DNA from: a virus
Taxonomy: Duplodnaviria; Caudoviricetes
Virus record (IMG/VR): IMGVR_UViG_3300032053_000004
Coordinates: 138,144-202,143 of that record
DNA: 64,000 bases
Direction: 5' to 3' (one strand)
Positions 58,207 to 64,000 of the stretch are shown in pieces. Positions within the stretch are counted from its first letter, which is position 1. Every line of letters begins with the position of its first letter. The notes under the pieces are model-generated. The model saw nothing but the letters and a program-made list of their open reading frames with translations, had not been told where the DNA came from and searched no databases. The translations under genes and the position numbers were made by a program.

Positions 58207-58942
58207 ATGGCATTCAATTTCTTTCGGAACATTCACTGAAGGCCAATTTGAAGCGTTTAAGTCCTTTTCTTTAATTCAGAAAACTGATTTAGAGAAAAGG
58301 AAAAATTGGCTTAAAGCTGAATTAAATAAAACAGGAATATTTTCAACCCAATATGATAATAATCATCAGCCTGTTTCATATTCTTGTTTACCCGTAACTA
58401 GTTATGGGGCCAAACTTCTTGAAGCCTATAGAATTCTTGGTGGTATTCCTGAAAATGATTTCCTTCTTAGAACTATAGATAAACCTGTTTATTTAACAGA
58501 AGGTCCTCCAATAACTAAAGACAGGGATGGGAGTATCTCTGGAGGGTTCTCTGAACAATTTTCAGATGGTCGCCTTTATAGGGGTTCAATCAGATTTGAC
58601 AAAGATATGGGACTGAAAGTTGAAAGACTCAGAAGTTGGCAGTTAGAACAGATTAAATTTAAGAGAGAACATCTTGAATTTAAAATTAAAAGATGTCTAG
58701 ATTATTCAGATCAAATAGCCGATGAAATTTCTCAGCTCACTATTTTGTCTGGGAATGGTCTCAAATCAGTTAGTGATTTAATCATCACTATAGAACAAGC
58801 AATCGCTTCTCCAAAACAAATGAATGTTGTACGAGGAAGTATTGATGACACTCATGGTTTGAAGATAGGAATGATCGGATCTGTTGATAGGGATGGTTCT
58901 ATTGAGACTGGAAAAGCTGCACATCAAAGAGGCATTGTATGA
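58207..58942 (+). CDS. Baseplate-region protein, apparently frameshifted (+1) at codon 6
   Basis: AGGTGG SD plus TAAT-ATG at 58207 reads MAFNFF-RNIH-stop; the long frame continues FGTFTEGQFEAF one base over. The ORF track instead starts it at TTG 58172. Confidence 0.55.
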
Positions 58943-60081
58943 GTTACGATTTTGCTTTACAAAGAATTTGCAGTCACGAAGCGTTGTTTCAAACTTCTTC
59001 TTTGGATCAATCTACTTATGATACTATTCGCTTTGCAAAACCTCCTTCTAGTAGTCAAGTAAATCTTTTTGTCGATGGGTTGCAAATTCCAAGTTCTGGA
59101 TTCATATCTATCCCGAAGTTACCGTTTTCAAGATCTGGCCCATATACAATTCGTAAAGATCAAAGTGATCTTCTCTGCATAAAAATAGGAGACGGAGCAA
59201 TAAGATTTATACAAGTCATAAGTGGATTTTCTGTTAGTGCAAAAGATTTAGCTAAAGATATCAGTAATAAAATTCCTGAATTAAACGTTGGAGTTGAAAA
59301 CGATCATGTTATTTTCACAGCTAAAAACCCTACTATAAGAGTAGCTTTTTCTTTTCCTGATCCGAGATGGATTGATAGAACCGAATCCCTTCCAGAAACC
59401 GCAAGAATTTTAGGATTTTTTAAACAAGTTGGGATCATTCCTGGTCGATCAGTCGTAGGTTACAGATTATTCCCAGGTTGGAGTCTGGTTCAAGATCCGA
59501 GCGTAAACTTCGGGGAAGAAACAATTATTAAACTAAATTACCCCATACCAAATGAAAATCCGGTCATACTGTTAAGTTATGTGACATCCGCGGCAGATTG
59601 TAGAAGATGCGGCGGAATAAGAATCGAATTTGATTATAACGTTGTCAGCAATACATATGAAATAGTGCAAAATACTGATCTTCTCGCCCAAGAAGCTGAT
59701 AAATTCATATTTACAAAATTAGGATCTCATTTTAAGTGGAACTGGCTTGGATCTAATCTCATAGACAGGATTGGATCTAAAAACACCGGACCAGGAGCCT
59801 CAGCGTCTATTACTACCGATATAACTCAGGCTTTTAGAACTTATCAAAATATAAAATCTCAACAAGATTCTCTCGTATCCCAACAAATTTCTGACGCTGA
59901 GTTCCCATATGCTCTGACAAATATTGATGTAACTATTCCGGATGACGATCCGACAGTAGCCATAGTAAATTTCGAAATAACTAGTAGGTCTCGTTCACCT
60001 ATAGAGCTGACTAGAGTCGTTGGTAATCCGAGTCCATTCACCTTATCAGGAAACCCTATTGAATTTCTCTTGAGGGGTTGA
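58939..60081 (+). CDS. Baseplate wedge/sheath-initiator protein (gp25-like C-terminal domain)
   Basis: C-terminal DLLAQEADKFIFTKLGSH..W.WLGS.L...IDV...DDPTVAIVNFEI; CRRCGG Zn-knuckle. Confidence 0.65.
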   Translation: MSYDFALQRICSHEALFQTSSLDQSTYDTIRFAKPPSSSQVNLFVDGLQIPSSGFISIPKLPFSRSGPYTIRKDQSDLLCIKIGDGAIRFIQVISGFSVSAKDLAKDISNKIPELNVGVENDHVIFTAKNPTIRVAFSFPDPRWIDRTESLPETARILGFFKQVGIIPGRSVVGYRLFPGWSLVQDPSVNFGEETIIKLNYPIPNENPVILLSYVTSAADCRRCGGIRIEFDYNVVSNTYEIVQNTDLLAQEADKFIFTKLGSHFKWNWLGSNLIDRIGSKNTGPGASASITTDITQAFRTYQNIKSQQDSLVSQQISDAEFPYALTNIDVTIPDDDPTVAIVNFEITSRSRSPIELTRVVGNPSPFTLSGNPIEFLLRG

Positions 60082-60133
60082 GGAGTTTATAATATATTAG
60101 TCCCGAAAGTTTAATTGCGTAACGTAGGGTAGA

Positions 60134-63100
60134 ATGCCTACGGCACCTCAGTTCAACTATTTTGATGGGTCCGGGACCACCACGGATCTTACTATTACCA
60201 CTAACCTATTCGGGTTAATCTTAACCGGAGTAGTTGATTCGAATATCATTGATGTTCAAATCAACATAAACGGTGCTGGATTTACTTCAGACCCTAGTTT
60301 AGTTGGTCTGGTCGTTCCGAATTTTACAATCCCGAATTTATTGAGCTATCCTCAAGGGCTTCAACTTGAGAAAGGTTTAAATATTATCCAGGTAAGGGCC
60401 ATAGATATAAGTGGATCAGTAAGTTCTCCATCAATTGCCAGCATTAATGTTGTTTCATTCAATGATTTATTTTCAGTACCTAGTCAACCGACTGGAATAA
60501 ATTTAGAAAGAAAAGCAAAATCTGTTGATATAAACTGGTCTGATACCATTTCAAATGGTTCTTTTACTGGACAAAGTGATAGCCCGGTTAGTGGATATAA
60601 TATTTACGCTTCAACTGGTCCAGGAGGAACTGGTTCCGGATATCTTCGTATCAATAGTAGTATGATCCCGGCTTCTTCTCCTAAAACAACCGTTGTAACA
60701 AAAAATGTTATTTTCTCCGCATCCATCAGTGGTGTTGATATCGGTAATGGAGAAAATAATCTTCAGGTCATAACAAACATTATTGACCCCACGACAGGTG
60801 CGGTTTTAAAACGAATAAGCCAAAGTGAGATCCCATTAGTATCTACTCCTTTGTTTAGTAACGATATTACTATGTCTGGACTCTATGAGCAAAAAAATTA
60901 TACTTTCAGTCATGATAGAACAGCTTCAGTTGCTTTCGGAATACTAAATAGCGATGTTTTTTCTACTGTCTCTGACGAAAATCCCCTTTATTATGTCATA
61001 ACATCTCTGATTTTCGATAAAACTAGCGGATCATTTATTGAGAGTAGGTATTCCCAGGAGCTTTCCGGGGGTCCTCTTGCGCTTGATAGGACTACCCGCG
61101 GTATCAATATTAGAGATAGACGTCAAGTAACTCAGGACTATATCGCTGAAGTTCAAAGAGCCCAACCTACTCTCTCGTTAATACCTGGTTCTACAATCCG
61201 AGAGCTTCATATAGAGCCTTTTGCTAACGAGAGTCAAAAAATGTATTTCCTGATGGATTTCGTCCATCGGTCACAGTCCTTCACAGCTTTACTTCAAATA
61301 GATGACCCTGGTCTAACCGGGAAAAGCATATCTGTAGCAAATTCTCCGTATAAACAAGCTTTAAGATTATCTTTAAGCCTTGAGGATGACGCTTCTGTCC
61401 AAACTCTAGTCGATGCTGCTTTTGATTCCTTAGCCGCTAATTATAATGTTCAACGACTTGGTAGACGCCCTGCCGTAGTCAATCAAACTTTCTATACTAC
61501 TTCTAAACCCACGAAAGATTTGTATATAGCTCAAAATGCCATTATTGGTTCCACCAATAATGGCCTTGCTCCTCGATTTAGAACTCAAAGTCAGTATACT
61601 CTTCCAGCAGCTAGCGCTCAAGCTTTCTTTAATCAAGAAACAAGACGATATGAAATTAAAGCTCAGATGGTGGCAGACACCCCTGGGACGTCTGGGAACG
61701 TCCCGGCCGGGACTCTAAACTCTGTAATATCCGGAGCCAGTGGGTTTCAAACTATAAATGAAATAGCTGCTGATTTTGGTCGAGATATTCAGAGTAATTT
61801 AGAGTTGGCAGAAGACGGGATGCGTGCTCTTTCTTCTCTCGATACAGGGACTGAAGGAGGATATAGAAGAACATCCATATCTGTTCCTGGAGTTCTTGAA
61901 ACTCAAATAATTAAATCTGGCGATCAATATATGATGAGAGATTACGATGATGTCCGTATGAAGCATATTGGAGGGAAAGTTGATATTTATATTAAGGGTC
62001 TTAGTGAAAGAACTATAACCGAAACGTTTGCGTTTCAGTTTTCAATAGCTAAAAATATCCGGTTTGATGTTATCGACCCGATTAACCTTGTTTTCCGAGC
62101 GCGGGACTCTCGTCTTACCGTTGATAATCCAATATCTGAAATGTTATATAACCCGGCTCAAGGGCTTGGACTTAGAAATCATTCAAATCTTCCTACGACT
62201 CCTTATGACCTGACTGGGGTTTCTATTCTTGATTATAATACTATTCGTGTAAATACTTCGATACCACAACCTCCAACTTCACTCGATGATTTCGTAGAAG
62301 GTGACTATAGATTCCGATCGAATAACAAATTTACAGCTGCTCTTCAACCGATACGAAGAATTGTATCTGTTACTGGAGAAATTTCCGGCCCGCTCGATTC
62401 AACTTCAGGTTTTACTTTATTTAAACTAGAAGATCCTCTTCTTACAGGTGATAGCACCATAGCTACTGATTATGTAGAAATAAATCAAGTTGGAAACATA
62501 CCAAATGGTCAATTAATACCAATAAATGATGAACAACATGTTATGATTGGAGAATTTGAAGAACAATTGGACTCAGTTGGAATCAATATTTTTACTATTG
62601 TCGTATATAGTCAAGATAGATCTCATCAATTTAATGGCCCGTCATCAACAAGTCCGGATTATTTAGTTGTTGGAGGATCACAAACAACACCAGTTCGTTT
62701 AATTAGAACTAACGCTTCAGCTATTGTTAGCGGGTCAACAGTCTCAGTCGATTATGAACATGATGAGAATTTCAAGATTGATTACGTCGTAAACGATGTT
62801 TTACAACAAGTGAATGTTAAAGTTCAACAAATGCGTCATATTACTGCTGACGTCATAATCAAGCAAGCTGTTGAAAACCCGATGGAGATTGAAGCCACTG
62901 TTCAACTTAATCCGAATGCTGATCAGGCAACGGTAGACAGTGAAATCAGAACTTCTTATACAGTTCTTACTGACAATAAAGGAATTGGAGGAGACATTCA
63001 CGTTTCTGATGTTATTTCAGTCATTGATAATTCAAATGGAGTGAACTTTGTTGTTCAGCCATTTTCCAGGATGACACTTCAAGACGGAGCTATGAGAATT

Positions 63101-63595
63101 CGTGATGGAATCCCATCGAACTCAGTTTTTCTTCCGTCATTAAGTATGTTTACGAATGCAGTATATATCTTAATACAACCTCTTCCATTCAATACCATTG
63201 ATGGTGGTGGTCCTTTAAATACGTTCCATGGTGTGTTTAAAGACGATTTGATAATGTCGGGAGCTACAATTCTAGAGTCTATTGGGACTATTGTAAATAA
63301 TTCGTTCATAATTGGAGCTTCAGGAGCTTCAATTCCGGGTTATTCAGACGATGCAACTTTATCTTTGACTTACACGACTCCTGAAGATATAGCAAATGCT
63401 CGTCTTCAATTAACCGCAAATCATATTGTTGTTTCCTTGAATTCAGGTTCGAGTCCGCCAGATGAACCGTCTTTGCATACATTCTCAGCAACTTACGTGG
63501 TTGAGAATGACTCCGGAGACAAAGATATTGTTATTTCTAGTGTTGAATACCTGACCCCTGGGGATCTCACGTTGACCTTTAGGAGGGCTCAATGA
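60134..63595 (+). CDS. Baseplate wedge protein (gp6/P2 J-like) with an N-terminal FN3-like extension
   Basis: D.LAANYNVQR...A.V...FYT; GTSGNVPAG.LN...NE.AA.FG.DIQSN.ELA...DTGTEGGY...VPGV...GGKVDIYI, the baseplate-J signature. Confidence 0.85.
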   Translation: MPTAPQFNYFDGSGTTTDLTITTNLFGLILTGVVDSNIIDVQININGAGFTSDPSLVGLVVPNFTIPNLLSYPQGLQLEKGLNIIQVRAIDISGSVSSPSIASINVVSFNDLFSVPSQPTGINLERKAKSVDINWSDTISNGSFTGQSDSPVSGYNIYASTGPGGTGSGYLRINSSMIPASSPKTTVVTKNVIFSASISGVDIGNGENNLQVITNIIDPTTGAVLKRISQSEIPLVSTPLFSNDITMSGLYEQKNYTFSHDRTASVAFGILNSDVFSTVSDENPLYYVITSLIFDKTSGSFIESRYSQELSGGPLALDRTTRGINIRDRRQVTQDYIAEVQRAQPTLSLIPGSTIRELHIEPFANESQKMYFLMDFVHRSQSFTALLQIDDPGLTGKSISVANSPYKQALRLSLSLEDDASVQTLVDAAFDSLAANYNVQRLGRRPAVVNQTFYTTSKPTKDLYIAQNAIIGSTNNGLAPRFRTQSQYTLPAASAQAFFNQETRRYEIKAQMVADTPGTSGNVPAGTLNSVISGASGFQTINEIAADFGRDIQSNLELAEDGMRALSSLDTGTEGGYRRTSISVPGVLETQIIKSGDQYMMRDYDDVRMKHIGGKVDIYIKGLSERTITETFAFQFSIAKNIRFDVIDPINLVFRARDSRLTVDNPISEMLYNPAQGLGLRNHSNLPTTPYDLTGVSILDYNTIRVNTSIPQPPTSLDDFVEGDYRFRSNNKFTAALQPIRRIVSVTGEISGPLDSTSGFTLFKLEDPLLTGDSTIATDYVEINQVGNIPNGQLIPINDEQHVMIGEFEEQLDSVGINIFTIVVYSQDRSHQFNGPSSTSPDYLVVGGSQTTPVRLIRTNASAIVSGSTVSVDYEHDENFKIDYVVNDVLQQVNVKVQQMRHITADVIIKQAVENPMEIEATVQLNPNADQATVDSEIRTSYTVLTDNKGIGGDIHVSDVISVIDNSNGVNFVVQPFSRMTLQDGAMRIRDGIPSNSVFLPSLSMFTNAVYILIQPLPFNTIDGGGPLNTFHGVFKDDLIMSGATILESIGTIVNNSFIIGASGASIPGYSDDATLSLTYTTPEDIANARLQLTANHIVVSLNSGSSPPDEPSLHTFSATYVVENDSGDKDIVISSVEYLTPGDLTLTFRRAQ

Positions 63596-64000
63596 GCATC
63601 GTCAGAGTTAATTTCAATGAATATAACTCCGGAGAACAGTATGAAAATCTTTTAAACGATGAAGCAAATAGAAACTTTCAGATTTTACTTCTTCTTCTTT
63701 CTAGTTATTATTTATCCAAAATAGATGGGCCTTCATACGCGCGCGAACTTAAAGCGATAGCTATAGAACTTGCTCGAGTTCGTTTGTCTCTTGATCAAAT
63801 ACAGACTGACGCATATTTCAAATCCACTCGTGGGGAATTTTTATATCAAACAGTTACAGAGCTTCTTTTCCCCGGGGAAATTCCGGACCCGAACTTTGGT
63901 GATTTAGATTTTCGTGATTTTTTGGTTAATGTCGTCGCCATTTATTTTAAAGGAAGCGTTCCTTCCTCAATAAAATCTGCTGTGGAGCTCTTGACTAGCG
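63592..64000 (+). CDS. Baseplate wedge protein (gp7/P2 I-like), 3'-partial
   Basis: ATGA overlap with the previous stop, AGGAGG SD; open to the window end: MSIVRVNFNEY...DLDFRDFLVNVVAIYFKGSVPSSIKSAVELLT. Confidence 0.6.
   Translation, partial: MSIVRVNFNEYNSGEQYENLLNDEANRNFQILLLLLSSYYLSKIDGPSYARELKAIAIELARVRLSLDQIQTDAYFKSTRGEFLYQTVTELLFPGEIPDPNFGDLDFRDFLVNVVAIYFKGSVPSSIKSAVELLTS

Noticed and set aside
18444-64000. Extracellular contractile injection system or tailocin rather than a phage
   Set aside because: Neck-like genes, homing-type endonucleases, a 1206-aa TMP and the overall size fit a jumbo myophage. Capsid and terminase genes are simply not in this window, so this is likely rather than proven.
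1-64000. Alternative genetic code (stop reassignment)
   Set aside because: Long ORFs tile the window under the standard code, and TAA, TAG and TGA all serve as genuine gene ends.
1-64000. tRNA, rRNA or structured ncRNA genes
   Set aside because: Intergenic gaps are short and I found no cloverleaf or rRNA-like sequence by eye; tRNAscan-SE or Infernal would be decisive.

Overview
This 64-kb window is the virion-morphogenesis region of a large, AT-rich myovirus, probably a jumbo phage. It uses the standard genetic code and almost all genes lie on the + strand. No capsid, portal or terminase gene is recognisable here. Left to right it holds: (1) a modification cluster (SAM methyltransferase, two GT4 glycosyltransferases, a B12-dependent radical SAM enzyme) and a degenerate ATP-dependent DNA-ligase domain; (2) neck/head-completion genes interleaved with accessory genes; (3) a volactin-like actin, a tail terminator and an unusually large (1681 aa) tail sheath; (4) the tail tube gene, flanked by two divergent endonuclease/Mom-like GNAT genes and long perfect palindromes; (5) tail chaperones, tape measure, tube initiators (one with a lysozyme-like domain), hub, spike and baseplate wedge genes. 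The most distinctive system is a family of small genes sharing a conserved ~40-aa leader (MKPSQVAIALRRIA.GIQASKNPDK.LVARDLKKII.KIA) fused to unrelated, mostly acidic payloads. There are five intact copies, one C-terminal copy, one diverged internal copy and one relic, plus a shorter IA-x-R-[IV]-A motif in four other proteins. I infer this is a capsid-targeting/protease-processing tag on exchangeable cargo cassettes. All product calls come from motif recognition by eye; no database search was run.
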